Assembly (NCBI GenBank): GCA_050250645.1
Contig: JBFWOG010000017.1
Location: forward strand, 49,006-113,005
Source: Vicinamibacterales bacterium
GTDB taxonomy: Bacteria > Acidobacteriota > Vicinamibacteria > Vicinamibacterales > UBA2999
Direction of reading: 5' to 3'
DNA: 64,000 nt
In this document: positions 17,813-27,900 of the stretch, piece after piece
How the letters are laid out: each line of letters opens with the position of its first letter
Numbering within the stretch: position 1 is the first letter of the stretch
The notes under the pieces: model-generated
Database searches by the model: none
Seen by the model: only the letters and a program-made list of their open reading frames with translations
Told to the model about the DNA's origin: nothing
Made by a program: the position numbers and the translations under genes

Positions 17813-18793
17813 TCACCGTCCCGCGAGCTTCTTGCCCATCTCCACGGTCTTGAAGCCCGAGTCGCCCCAGCCCATCACGAAGACGCTGAAGCCCTGCTTC
17901 ATGCGCATCTCGATGTCCTTCTCGTTGGCGGGGAACCCGCAGGCGATCTTGAACTCCTTGCAGGCGCTCAGGACGGTCTGGATGGCGTTCTCCCAGCCCT
18001 GCTCGTCGAAGTGGCGCTCGCCGGCGGCGTTGGTGGTCGTGAACACGCCGCGCAGGGTGCCGGCGCCGGGCCACAGGACGCCGATGCCGGGCACCGCGGC
18101 GATCTCGCGGACGTGCGCCAGGCCTTCCTTGCTCTCGACGATGGTCCAGTTGATCAGCTCACCGTCGGGGTTGAGCGGCCAGAGGTCGGCCTTGTTCTTG
18201 TACTCCGCCTCCGACAGCCCCCAGTAGGCCGGGGCCATGCCCACGTCGTCGGGCCGGGTGCCGCCGTGCGACTTGAAGCGCATTGCCGCGATGCCGGCGC
18301 GGACCTGCTCGGCCGTCTCGGCGCCCGGGAACATCACGCCGCTCACGCCGAGGTTCAGCTCGCGCTGGACGTCCCTGGCGAACGCGGCCGGCCCCTCGCC
18401 GAACTCGGGGGTCTTGATGATCAGCGGGTGGGTCAGGTGGACGAACGGCGACTTCTGGAACGGGCCGGCCGCCGCCAGCGCCTTCACGAAGGGCTCGAAG
18501 GTCGGCATGGCACGGTCGACGCCGCCCTCCATCGCGCCGTCGAAGATGAAGTCGGCGTGCTTGTAGCCGAGCGCCTCGCTGGCCAGGTCCGCCGGCGACT
18601 TCTGGGTCACCTCGGGGGGCTGGCCGGGGCCGCGGAAGCGGCGGTTGCTCGGCACGTAGAGACCGAAGACGGGCTTGCCCTGCTCGAGCAGCCCGATGAC
18701 CGGATTGAGGCGCTGCTTCTGGGCGCCCTGGACCATGACCATGCCCGCGAGCAAGGCCAGCCCCATCATCGAAACGGTTACGCGTGCACGCAA
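17813..18793 (-). CDS. HpcH/HpaI aldolase/citrate lyase family protein with signal peptide (start approximate, TTG)
   Basis: LNLGVSGVMFPGAETAEQV, IVESKEGLAHVREIAAVPGIGVLWPGAGTL, ACKEFKIACG, MKQGF. Confidence 0.8.
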   Translation of the reverse strand: MRARVTVSMMGLALLAGMVMVQGAQKQRLNPVIGLLEQGKPVFGLYVPSNRRFRGPGQPPEVTQKSPADLASEALGYKHADFIFDGAMEGGVDRAMPTFEPFVKALAAAGPFQKSPFVHLTHPLIIKTPEFGEGPAAFARDVQRELNLGVSGVMFPGAETAEQVRAGIAAMRFKSHGGTRPDDVGMAPAYWGLSEAEYKNKADLWPLNPDGELINWTIVESKEGLAHVREIAAVPGIGVLWPGAGTLRGVFTTTNAAGERHFDEQGWENAIQTVLSACKEFKIACGFPANEKDIEMRMKQGFSVFVMGWGDSGFKTVEMGKKLAGR

Positions 18794-18881
18794 GAGATCC
18801 CCCCTCGGAAGAAAAACCTCGCGGAGTATACGCCAGATGAGGCGACAGGATTGTCGCCGGATGTCGCCGGGGGGGCGGAAG

Positions 18882-18980
18882 GGTTCGTCAGGTTCGGCGG
18901 GTTCGACGGGTTCGTCAGGTTCGTCAGGTTCGTCAGGTTCGACGGGTTCGACGGGTTCGACGGGTTCGTCGGGTTCGCCG
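18882..18980 (+). repeat. GGTTCGNCN nonamer x11 in a divergent intergenic region
   Basis: 11 contiguous copies visible. Confidence 0.95.
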
Positions 18981-19051
18981 CGGTCCACGGCCGGTGGTCC
19001 CGGTCCGGCTCAGCCCTTGTGCGGCGGACCGGCCGGGCGGATACTCGGAGC

Positions 19052-19726
19052 ATGCGGCTGCTGGTGGTCGAGGACGATCGCAGGATCGCCGCGTTCATCG
19101 AGAAGGGCCTCCAGCAGGAGGGCTACGCCGTCGACACGCTCCACGACGGGACCGACGCCGGCGCGCAGGCGGCGGTCGTGGCATACGACGCGGTCGTGCT
19201 CGACCTGATGCTCCCGGGACGCTCCGGCCTGCAGGTGCTGCGCGACATCCGCGCGCGGCACCCGTCGATGCCCGTGCTGATCCTGACGGCCCGGGGCAGC
19301 GTCGAGGACCGGATCGCGGGGCTCGACAGCGGCGCGGACGACTACATGGTGAAGCCGTTCGCGCTCGCCGAGCTCTCGGCGCGGCTGCGCGCGCTGCTCC
19401 GGCGCGGCGCGCCGCGCGAGACGCGCCTGCGCGTCGGTGACCTGGAAATCGACACGACGCGCCGCGTGGTGCGCCGCGGCGACCGCCCCATCGACCTCAC
19501 GCCCAAGGAATACGGGGTGCTGGAGTTCCTCGCCAGGCACAGCGACCACCCCGTCACGCGGTCCCTCCTCCTCGAGCACGTCTGGGACGTGCACTTCGCG
19601 GGCATGAGCAACGTCGTCGAGGTGCACATCAGCACGCTGCGCAACAAGATCGACCGCGGCTTCGGCACGCCCCTCATCCGGACCGTGAGGGGCGTCGGGT
19701 ACGTCCTCACCGACCGGGCGCCATGA
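19052..19726 (+). CDS. OmpR/CusR-family response regulator
   Basis: MRLLVVEDD, LDLMLPG, LILTAR, GADDYMVKPF, LTPKEYGVLEFL, LIRTVRGVGY. Confidence 0.96.
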   Translation: MRLLVVEDDRRIAAFIEKGLQQEGYAVDTLHDGTDAGAQAAVVAYDAVVLDLMLPGRSGLQVLRDIRARHPSMPVLILTARGSVEDRIAGLDSGADDYMVKPFALAELSARLRALLRRGAPRETRLRVGDLEIDTTRRVVRRGDRPIDLTPKEYGVLEFLARHSDHPVTRSLLLEHVWDVHFAGMSNVVEVHISTLRNKIDRGFGTPLIRTVRGVGYVLTDRAP

Positions 19727-21177
19727 CCGCGCGGCCACTCCGCACCACCCTGACCGCGTTCAACACCGTCGTGCTCGCCCTGCTGCTGGCCGGGCTCGGC
19801 GCGATGTACTACCGCGTGCTCGCGGCCGAGCTCGACGCGAGCGCCACCGCCAACCTGGTCGAGATGACCAACGGCATCCACGGCTACCTCCACATCGTGC
19901 GCGGCACGCCGACGCTCGCCTTCGACAGGGACGACCCGGACGAGGCGGCGTTCGTGGAGCGCGCCACGCGCTACTACCAGGTCTACGACGCCGGGTCGGG
20001 CCGCCTGCTCGTGCAGTCGCCGGCGCTGGCCCCGCTCGGCGTGCGATACACGCCGTCCGAGGTGCTGGCGTTCCGCCGCCACCCGGCGATCCACGACATC
20101 CGGACGGACCACGGGCGCCTGCGCTTCACCAACAGCCTGATCGGCGCGGAGGGCCGCGTCTACCTGCTCCAGGTCGCCGCGTCACTCGAGCCGATCGACC
20201 GGACGCTCGACGGGTTCCTCGGGTTGCTGCTCTGGAGCGCCCCGGTGGCCCTGCTCGCGGCCGGCCTCGCCGGACGCTGGATGGCCGGGCGCGCCCTCGC
20301 GCCGATTGCCGCCCTCGCCGCCGCCGCCGGCACCATCGGCGTCGCCGACCTCGGCCGCCGCCTCCCCGTCCGCGGCACCAGCGACGAACTCGACGCCCTC
20401 GCGGGCGCGTTCAACCGCACGCTCGCCCGCCTCGAGCAGAGCGTCGGCGAGATGAAGCAGTTCAGCGCCGCGCTCGCCCACGAGCTCCGGACGCCCCTCG
20501 CCGCCCTGCGGGGCGAGACCGAGCTGGCGCTGCTCCAGGCCAGGACCCCGGACGAGTTCCGCCAGGGCCTCGCCGGCCAGCTGGAGGAGCTCGACACGCT
20601 GGCCGGGCTCGTCAACCAGCTCCTCACGCTGGCGCGGGCCGAGGCCGGCGAGATCGCGCTCGCGCGGGCGCCCGTCGAGCTCGGCGGCCTCTGCGGCCGG
20701 CTCGTGGACCAGCTCGCGCCCATTGCGCAGGCGCGGGCGATGACGCTCGACGTCGTCCCCGGCGACGCGCCGACTGTCGTCATGGGCGACGCGACGTGGC
20801 TCACGCGGCTCTTCATCAACGTGCTCGACAACGCGATCAAGTTCACGCCCGAGGGGGGCCACGTCACGGTCACCGTCGGCCGCGAGGGCGCGGCTGCCCG
20901 CGTCGACGTCACCGATTCGGGCCCGGGCATGTCGGCGGACGTCGCGGCGCGCGCGTTCGACCCGTTCTTCCGCGCCGATCCCGCGCGGTCGCCCGCGACG
21001 GCCGGCGCCGGCCTGGGGCTGAGTCTCGTCCGGTGGATCGCCGAGCGCCACCAGGCCCGGGTCTCGTTCGCCCCCGCGCCCGGCGGCGGCAGCACGTTCA
21101 CGATCCGCCTGCCCCTGGCGCCAGATGAAGAAACCTTCATCGAGGCTTCATCGGGCCTTCAGGCCCACCCGCTGTAA
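19723..21177 (+). CDS. Sensor histidine kinase (HAMP-HisKA-HATPase)
   Basis: Two TM segments, AHELRTPL, NVLDNAIKF, DSGPG, FDPFFR, GAGLGLSLV. Confidence 0.95.
   Translation: MTARPLRTTLTAFNTVVLALLLAGLGAMYYRVLAAELDASATANLVEMTNGIHGYLHIVRGTPTLAFDRDDPDEAAFVERATRYYQVYDAGSGRLLVQSPALAPLGVRYTPSEVLAFRRHPAIHDIRTDHGRLRFTNSLIGAEGRVYLLQVAASLEPIDRTLDGFLGLLLWSAPVALLAAGLAGRWMAGRALAPIAALAAAAGTIGVADLGRRLPVRGTSDELDALAGAFNRTLARLEQSVGEMKQFSAALAHELRTPLAALRGETELALLQARTPDEFRQGLAGQLEELDTLAGLVNQLLTLARAEAGEIALARAPVELGGLCGRLVDQLAPIAQARAMTLDVVPGDAPTVVMGDATWLTRLFINVLDNAIKFTPEGGHVTVTVGREGAAARVDVTDSGPGMSADVAARAFDPFFRADPARSPATAGAGLGLSLVRWIAERHQARVSFAPAPGGGSTFTIRLPLAPDEETFIEASSGLQAHPL
21135..21162 (+). promoter_or_regulatory. 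Three direct repeats CTTCA at 11-bp spacing (OmpR-type boxes)
   Basis: CTTCATCGAGG CTTCATCGGGC CTTCAG at 21135, 21146, 21157. Confidence 0.55.
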
Positions 21178-21223
21178 TGGGGCGTGTCGACGGATGGCCG
21201 TCGACAAGGAGTGCAACCCAACC

Positions 21224-21592
21224 ATGAAGCTCTCACACCCCGCGCTGCTGCTCGCCCTCACGCTCGCCGTCCCCGCGCTGGCCGCCGCCCAGGCGAAGCC
21301 CGCCCCGGCGCGTGCCACCCACACCGCCGCGAAGGCGGCGATGACCGCCCCGGCGCCGGCCCTCGCGACCGAGACCACGACGGGCGTGGTCAAGTCGATC
21401 GATGCCAGCACGCTGATGCTCACCGGGGCGCGGCACAAGCAGATGACGTTCAAGCTGTCGGCGGACACGGCGCGCGAGGGCACGATCGCGGCCGGCGCGC
21501 GCGTGTCGGTGCGGTACCGGATGGACGGCGCCAGCATGGTGGCCACGGCCGTCACCGCGCAGCCGGTCAAGGGGAAGAAGCCGGGCCGCTAG
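21224..21592 (+). CDS. Small exported beta-rich (OB-fold-like) protein
   Basis: RBS AAGGAG, signal peptide ..ALAAAQA, TTGVVKSID..L..G..V-V-Y..A..V pattern. Confidence 0.75.
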   Translation: MKLSHPALLLALTLAVPALAAAQAKPAPARATHTAAKAAMTAPAPALATETTTGVVKSIDASTLMLTGARHKQMTFKLSADTAREGTIAAGARVSVRYRMDGASMVATAVTAQPVKGKKPGR

Positions 21593-21653
21593 GGCCGGGC
21601 GCGTGCCGGGTCCCTGCCGTGGCCGCGGGCGGGGACCCGGCGCGGCCGGACGG

Positions 21654-22541
21654 TCAGCGCCCGGGGCCGCCGCGCGCCAGGGCGGCCAGTTCGGCGCGGC
21701 CGATCCGCACCTGCTGCGCATCGGTCACGAACGGGCTCACGTCAACGGCATGGCCGCCGAGCGTGAGCTCGACGCGGTCGCCGATGCCCACCGCGAGGTA
21801 GATCGGCACGCCGGTCAGGTCGAGTGCCTGCCCTGGCTGCAGGACGCGCTCGACGGTGTCGTTGTTGGCGTAGCGCACGAAGACCCAGGTGGCCCGCCCG
21901 ACCGACACGCGGCCAGCCGCGCCCGATGACACGCTCGCCGGCACCGGGACGGCGGCCGGCGGAGCCGCCACGGCCGCCACGGCGGCGACGTCGGCCACGT
22001 ACCGATCCGGCGCCACCGCCGCGCGCAGTTCGTCGAACGGCGCCAGCGACTGGACGACGAGGGGGGCGGGCGCGACAGGTGGCGCCACATCGGCTGCGGC
22101 CGGGGCGGCGCCAGGGCTGTCGTAGAAGTAGCTGACGCCGACGAGCGCCAGCCCGGCGACGGCCATGGCGGCGAGCAGCCACGTCCGCCCGGACACCGGC
22201 GCGCGGGCCGCGGCGGGCCGCTCGACGGCCGCGGGCGCGGCATCGTCGCGCCCCGGGATGGCCAGCATCCGCTCGAACAGCGGCTCCGACAGCCCCCCCA
22301 CACCGACGAACTCGACGTACTTCTGCAGCCCCTTCACGAAGTACGGCTCGCCGTAGAACGCCGTCGGGTCCGGCTGCTCGAGCGCGCGCACCTGGCGGGG
22401 CGACAGCAACAAGCGCTCGGCCACCTGGTCGATCGTCAGTTCGCGGTCGGCCCGCGCCTTCGACAGCAAGGCCCCCAGCTCGGCCGCAAAGCCGAGATCG
22501 ATGGTCGAGCCACGCGTCTCCGCACCGGGGAAGGAGGGCAC
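21654..22541 (-). CDS. RodZ-like protein (XRE HTH, TM, DUF4115-like C-terminus)
   Basis: LGALLSKARADRELTIDQVAERLLLS..ALE..YFVKG..KY; single TM; WVFVR..VLQPGQ. Confidence 0.8.
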   Translation of the reverse strand: MPSFPGAETRGSTIDLGFAAELGALLSKARADRELTIDQVAERLLLSPRQVRALEQPDPTAFYGEPYFVKGLQKYVEFVGVGGLSEPLFERMLAIPGRDDAAPAAVERPAAARAPVSGRTWLLAAMAVAGLALVGVSYFYDSPGAAPAAADVAPPVAPAPLVVQSLAPFDELRAAVAPDRYVADVAAVAAVAAPPAAVPVPASVSSGAAGRVSVGRATWVFVRYANNDTVERVLQPGQALDLTGVPIYLAVGIGDRVELTLGGHAVDVSPFVTDAQQVRIGRAELAALARGGPGR

Positions 22542-22643
22542 GGGACGATCCTACGCATTTCCGGCGCCGAATGCGCGCCCATCGATCGCGGCCCGGCAAA
22601 AATCCCCGAGCGGCTCAGCTCACCTCCGCGCCGGAGACACAGC

Positions 22644-23453
22644 TCAGCGCGCGCCAGGCAGGCGGTAGTGCCACACGCGCGACCGCGCGAAGACCGCCAC
22701 CCCCTGCCCGCCAGGCAGCGCCTCCAGCCCGAACGCCTGCTCGTCGGCGACGTCCTCGTAGAGGAGCCGGCCATCCCCGCTGTAGACGAACAGCGCGTGG
22801 TACGGCACGTAGCCGTTGCCCGAGGCGAGGAGCACGAGCCGCCCGCCGACGGTCGTGGCGAACAGGTCCGTGAAGAAGCTGCCCTCGGGCGCGCCGAGCC
22901 GCGCCAGGGGCGCGCCCATGGGCGAGCGGACGACCAGGTCGTCGCCCTGCAGGTACACGAGGGCCGGGTCGCCCTGCCAGGCCGCGACAGCGAAGTGACT
23001 CGGCGGCGGCGACTCGCTCCACGTGGCGACCAGGGCGTCACCAGGCGTGCGCACCTCGAACGTCCCGCCACCCGTCGCGTCGGGATAGAGGTAGAGCGCC
23101 AGGTCCCGCTTCGGCGCGCGCGAGGCCGGCACGAGGGCCATGGCCGTCAGGTAGCCGTCGGTCGCGAGGCGCGCCTGCACGGCGCCGGCGGCGTCACGCA
23201 CCTCGACGCCAGCCCCGCCGGCCAGCGCCGCCACGGTTTCCGGCGCCTCGTCGCCGAGCACGTCGCCGTGCTCGACGCGCACCACCGCGTCCGGGGCCTC
23301 GAAGCCGCGCCGGGCGACGTCGGGCGGCGCGGGGCCGGCGTCGGACTTCTCGACGCCGGCCGAGTTGACGAGCTCGCCGAGGCGCGCGGGCGCCTGCCCG
23401 CACGCCCCGCACAGCCCCGCCGCCACCAGCGCCACGGCGAGCCCCCCGCGCAC
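22644..23453 (-). CDS. Putative lipoprotein of unknown function (start uncertain: 23453/23480/23489)
   Basis: Hydrophobic N-terminus ending AGLCGAC-GQ (lipobox-like); starts 4 nt after the upstream stop. Confidence 0.7.
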   Translation of the reverse strand: MRGGLAVALVAAGLCGACGQAPARLGELVNSAGVEKSDAGPAPPDVARRGFEAPDAVVRVEHGDVLGDEAPETVAALAGGAGVEVRDAAGAVQARLATDGYLTAMALVPASRAPKRDLALYLYPDATGGGTFEVRTPGDALVATWSESPPPSHFAVAAWQGDPALVYLQGDDLVVRSPMGAPLARLGAPEGSFFTDLFATTVGGRLVLLASGNGYVPYHALFVYSGDGRLLYEDVADEQAFGLEALPGGQGVAVFARSRVWHYRLPGAR

Positions 23454-23457
23454 GCAC

Positions 23458-24663
23458 TCAGATATACGGTCCGGTTCCATCCCCACCACCGATCGTCTCG
23501 AAGCAGAACACCGCGCTCATGTTGCACGAGACGCACTGCCACGCCTGTCCCCACGGCCAGAACCACGAATAGCGATTGCAGCCGTACGTGTTGTAGCAGT
23601 TGTCGTGCTGATCGCAGCACGCGCGGAAGATGGTGCCGTCGAGCCAGTGCAATCCCGTGCAGCCGTCCTGGGCCTGCAGGGTCGGGACAATGGCCTGGAC
23701 GACGCGCTCGACGAGCCCGGGCCGCTGGTCGAGCCGCACGCCGGGGGGCGGCTGGCGACGCGGCAGTTCGTAGAAGGCGAAGGCCTGCATGTTGACCCAG
23801 GCCATGTCCGGCGTGAAGGGCCAGCCGCCGATTTCACCCAGGCGCCCCGGCGTCAGGTACCCCGTCGTCCCGCCCGGGAAGTGCCAGGCCAGCACCCGCG
23901 TGTTCTGGTGCCAGCGCACCCACCCGATCTCGACGCCGTCGCGGAGGAGGACGCTCGAGAACGAGATGATGGCGCCCGACTTCGCGCGGGCCGCGGCGCG
24001 CGAGGCGGGCCGTCGCGCAATGGCGGTGAGCCCGCCGGCGAACTCGGTCCGCACCTCCACGATGTGGGCATCGATGTCCGCCAGGCCGGCCCGGTCGGGC
24101 CGGACGAGGTTCCGCCGCCAGCGGACGCTCGAACCCGGCACGCCCGCGGCCTGGTTGACGCCGTCCTTGACGAACGCGTAGGCCTGCCGCGCCGCCCAGT
24201 CGAGCGTGGGTGCCAGTTCGGCCCGGCCGGGGGCGCGCACGAGCGGGGCGCCGGGCGCGCGGAACTCGAGCCAGGTGCCGGCCGCGGCGTCGCGCGTCGC
24301 CACGAACGTGCCCAGGTCGTTCCCCAGCCGGTCGGTCATCCGCGTCCGGATCCCTCCATCGGCCCGCCGCTCGTTCACGGCCACCGCGTCGTCGAACGTC
24401 GTCTCGACGCGCGTCGCCTGCCCCTCGAGGCCGTTGTAGGTCGCCCCCTTGTCGAGCGCCGCGCTGACCGGCACGTCGGCCCCGAGCCGCAGGACCGTGC
24501 GCAACGCGTCCGGGTTGAGCCGCGGCACCTCCCTCGCCGGCGCCGCCTGCGGCCGCGCCCCCGCGCGAGCCGCCCAGCCCCCCGCCACGGTCGGCCCGCC
24601 CGCCGCGAACACCACACCCACCGCAATCGCCAGCCAACAGCCACGCCTGGTTCGGTCGCGCAT
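23458..24663 (-). CDS. Secreted protein with C-terminal Cys-rich sPLA2-like domain
   Basis: RBS GGAGGGAGG; signal peptide; C-terminal DGCTG..CCDQHDNCY..CVSCNMSAVFCF. Confidence 0.8.
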   Translation of the reverse strand: MRDRTRRGCWLAIAVGVVFAAGGPTVAGGWAARAGARPQAAPAREVPRLNPDALRTVLRLGADVPVSAALDKGATYNGLEGQATRVETTFDDAVAVNERRADGGIRTRMTDRLGNDLGTFVATRDAAAGTWLEFRAPGAPLVRAPGRAELAPTLDWAARQAYAFVKDGVNQAAGVPGSSVRWRRNLVRPDRAGLADIDAHIVEVRTEFAGGLTAIARRPASRAAARAKSGAIISFSSVLLRDGVEIGWVRWHQNTRVLAWHFPGGTTGYLTPGRLGEIGGWPFTPDMAWVNMQAFAFYELPRRQPPPGVRLDQRPGLVERVVQAIVPTLQAQDGCTGLHWLDGTIFRACCDQHDNCYNTYGCNRYSWFWPWGQAWQCVSCNMSAVFCFETIGGGDGTGPYI

Positions 24664-24913
24664 GGCGCCTCCCTCCGGGCACACGTCCCGGCGGTGCGTG
24701 GCAGACCCACGCACCGGATCGTGGAGGCTCCTGACCCAGGCCGCTTCGACGAATGCCTGGCGCCTTTCAAGGTCCCTGCCAGCGGAGGGAGAAGGGATTG
24801 GCCGCGTTCACGCGGCGCACCCTGACGCCGAGCGCCGGCGCCCGCCAGTTCGGCGCACACCGGTGCCCGTGGGGCGAGGAAGGGGCTACCCGCTACCCCG
24901 GACGCCCCCGCGC

Positions 24914-27900
24914 CTACTGGTCGCGCGCGCCGCCCGCCGGCAGCGTCACCCGGGGCACGCTCGCGGGCGCCCGCCGCTCCAGGTCCGCCGCGAACGCCGA
25001 CACCGTCGTCGTGAGCACGCGCCGCACCTCGGCCAGCCGGTCCGGCACGCGCGCCGCCCCGCGCGAGAACTGCAGGGCCTGCGCCGGCGTCGGCGCGTCG
25101 CTCGACGATGCGACGTCGCGCGCCGCCCCGCTGGCCTGCTGCAGCGCGCGCCCGAGGCGCGTCTGCGCCTGGCGCAGCGCCTTCGTGGCCGCGTCGCCGG
25201 CGGCCTTCAGGTCGTCCGGGACGTCGGACGCGGCGCCGAGCGCCCGGGTCGCCGCGCCCAGTTGCTTCAGGACGTCGGCAACCTCCTGCTGGACCGGATA
25301 TACCTGCTTCTGCAGGTCGTACAGCCGGAACAGCAGGTCGAACCGCGCCTGGCGCGACTCGTCGGACACCGCGACGCGGGGATCACCCGAGACCACGAGG
25401 CGCGCGCGCTGCTCCACGCCGGCCGCGCGCAGGGTCACGACGTATTCACCGGGCAGCACCTCCGGGCCCTCGGGCGCGCGGCGGGGCTCGCCGGCCTCGC
25501 CGCCCGTCGGGTCGCCACCGCCGCCGAAGTCCCCGGGCACGCGTGCCTTCGTGCTCTCGGCCGGGCGCGGGTCCCCGGGGACCACGCCGGCCGGCGGATC
25601 GGCGCGCGGCGGCGCGGGCGGCGCCTCGTAGCGCAGGTCCCACACGACACGGTGCAGGCCGGCGCCGGCCGGCGCGTCGATCTCGCGCACCACCGTCCCG
25701 TCACGGCCGGCAATCACGAGCCGGGCCCCGCCGGCCGCCTCACGCAGCCAGTAGTCGATGGCCGCGCCGTAGGGCGGGTTGGCCCCCACATAGGTCGCCT
25801 GGGCGAGGAAGTCGCGGTGTTCGAGGTAATTGAACGCCGTGGCCCGCGCGGGCGTGAACAGGTGCGCGGCCGAGGCCGCCACCTCCGTTGTCAGGGCCTC
25901 GAGCGCGGCGATGGGGACGATGTAGATGCTGCGCCCGTGCGTGCCGACGATGAGGTCCCGATCCCGCGGGTGTATCCGGAGGTCGTAGACCGGCACGTCG
26001 GGGAGCCCGCCGCCCACCTTCGACCACGACGTCCCGCCGTCGGCCGACGCCCAGAGCCCGTTCTCGAGGCCGGCGAAGAGCAGCTCCGGGTTCCGCGGGT
26101 CCTCGATCATCGTGCGGACGACGCTGTCGAGCCCGCTGGTCACCGCGCGCCAGGTCGCGCCGCCGTCGTCGCTCCGGAAGAGGTGCGGCGCGAGGTCGTC
26201 CAGCTGGTGGCCGTCGAAGGCGACGAACATGCGCGCGGGGTCGTGGGCCGAGAGCGCGACGTGGCTCACGGGCGTCCGCTCGCGGATGCCCGCGAAGCGG
26301 CCCGAGATCTCCGTCCAGCTCACGCCGCCGTCAGTGGACAGCTGCACGTTGCCGTCGTCGGTGCCGACGACGAGCAGGCCCGGGTCGATCGGCGACTCGG
26401 CAAAGGCCGTCGCGGTGCCGTAGGCGTCGACGCCGTCGTGCTTCGAGAGGGTGTCGCCGTCGGGGACGCGCCCCATGATGGGCAGGGTGTTCCTGTCGAT
26501 CTGCCTGGTGAGATCCGGCGACACGGGCCGCCAGTGCTCCCCGCGATCGAGCGAGCGCCAGAGCCGGTTGCCCGCGATGTACAGCGTGCGCGGGTTGTGC
26601 GTGGAGACGGCCAGCGGCGACGTCCAGTAGAAGCGCGTGGCGTCAGGCAGCTCGGGCTGGCCGGCCTCCGGCGGGTCGGCGTCCTCGTTCGGGTCGGGCT
26701 CGTACGGGCGGATGCCGCGCCGCTCGCCCGACGCCGTGTCGAAGCGCATCGCGCGCCCGTTCTGCGTGGACACGTAGGCGGTGCCCGGGTCGAGCGGGTC
26801 CGGCGCCACCGACATGCCGTCGCCGCCGGCCACCTGGATCCAGTCGTCGTCGAGCGGCCCGACGCGGTTCCACGTGGCGCTCGGTCCCGCCCAGACGCCG
26901 TTGTCCTGGAGCCCGCCGTACAGCCGGTATGGGCGGCCCATGTCGGCGCCGACGGTGTAGAACTGCCCGAGCGGGATGTTGTTGACACGCTGCCAGGTCA
27001 GGGCGGCGTCACGCGACATGAAGACGCCGCCGTCGTTGCCGAGCACCAGGTGCGCCGGATCGCGCGGGTCGATCCAGAGGGCGTGGTGGTCGACATGGAC
27101 GTTGCGGGCGCCGTCGCTCCTGAACGTCCTGCCGCCATCGTCGGACACGTAGAGCGGGGCCGCGAGGAGGTACACGCGCTGGTCGTTCGACGGGTCGACC
27201 CGGATGTGGCTGAAGTACATCGGGCGGGGATTCAGGCTGTTCACCTTCGTCCAGGTCCGCCCGCGATCGGCCGAGCGGTAGACCCCGCCGGCGCTCTTGT
27301 GCTCGACCGTCGCATAGACGATCGCCGGGTTCTTCCGGAAGACATCGATGCCGATCTTGCCGAGGTCGCCCGCCGGCAGGCCGCCGCCCAGCCGGGTCCA
27401 GGTGCGCGCGCCGTCGGTGGTCTTGTAGAGGCCGCTGCCGGGCCCGCCGCCGGAGAACCCCCAGGCCGTCCGCCGGCGCTGGTAGGCGGCGGCGTAGAGC
27501 ACCCGCGGGTTCGACGGGTCCATCACGACGTCGGTGAACCCGGTGTCCTCGTCGATGAACTTGGTGTTCGTCCACGTGCGGCCGCCGTCGGTCGTCTTGA
27601 ACAGCCCGCGCTCCGCGTTGGGCCCCCAGAGGTGGCCGAGGGCCGCGACGTAGACCACGTCGGGGTCACGCGGGTCGATCGCGATGCCGCCGACGTGTCG
27701 GCTGTCGGCGAGCCCCATGTGCTGCCAGGTCGCGCCGGCGTCGGTGGACTTCCAGACGCCGTTGCCCCACGACGAACTCTGGCGGTTGTTCGATTCCCCC
27801 GTGCCGACCCAGACCACCGCCGGGTTGGAGCGCGAGACCGCGATGGCCCCGATCGAGGTCGTGCCCTTGTCGTCGAAGACCGGCGCCCAGGTCGTGCCGC

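Noticed and set aside
18794-18988. EPDEPVEP N-terminal extension of the aldolase ORF
   Set aside because: Translation of the GGTTCGNCN repeat; the real start lies near 18793 with an RBS and signal peptide
18011-19051. Apparent long N-terminal fusions in the ORF track (response regulator; also LytTR, glgB, hflC, radical SAM, IorB)
   Set aside because: Open upstream frames in GC-rich DNA; true starts are set by RBS/-10 elements, gene overlaps and family N-termini
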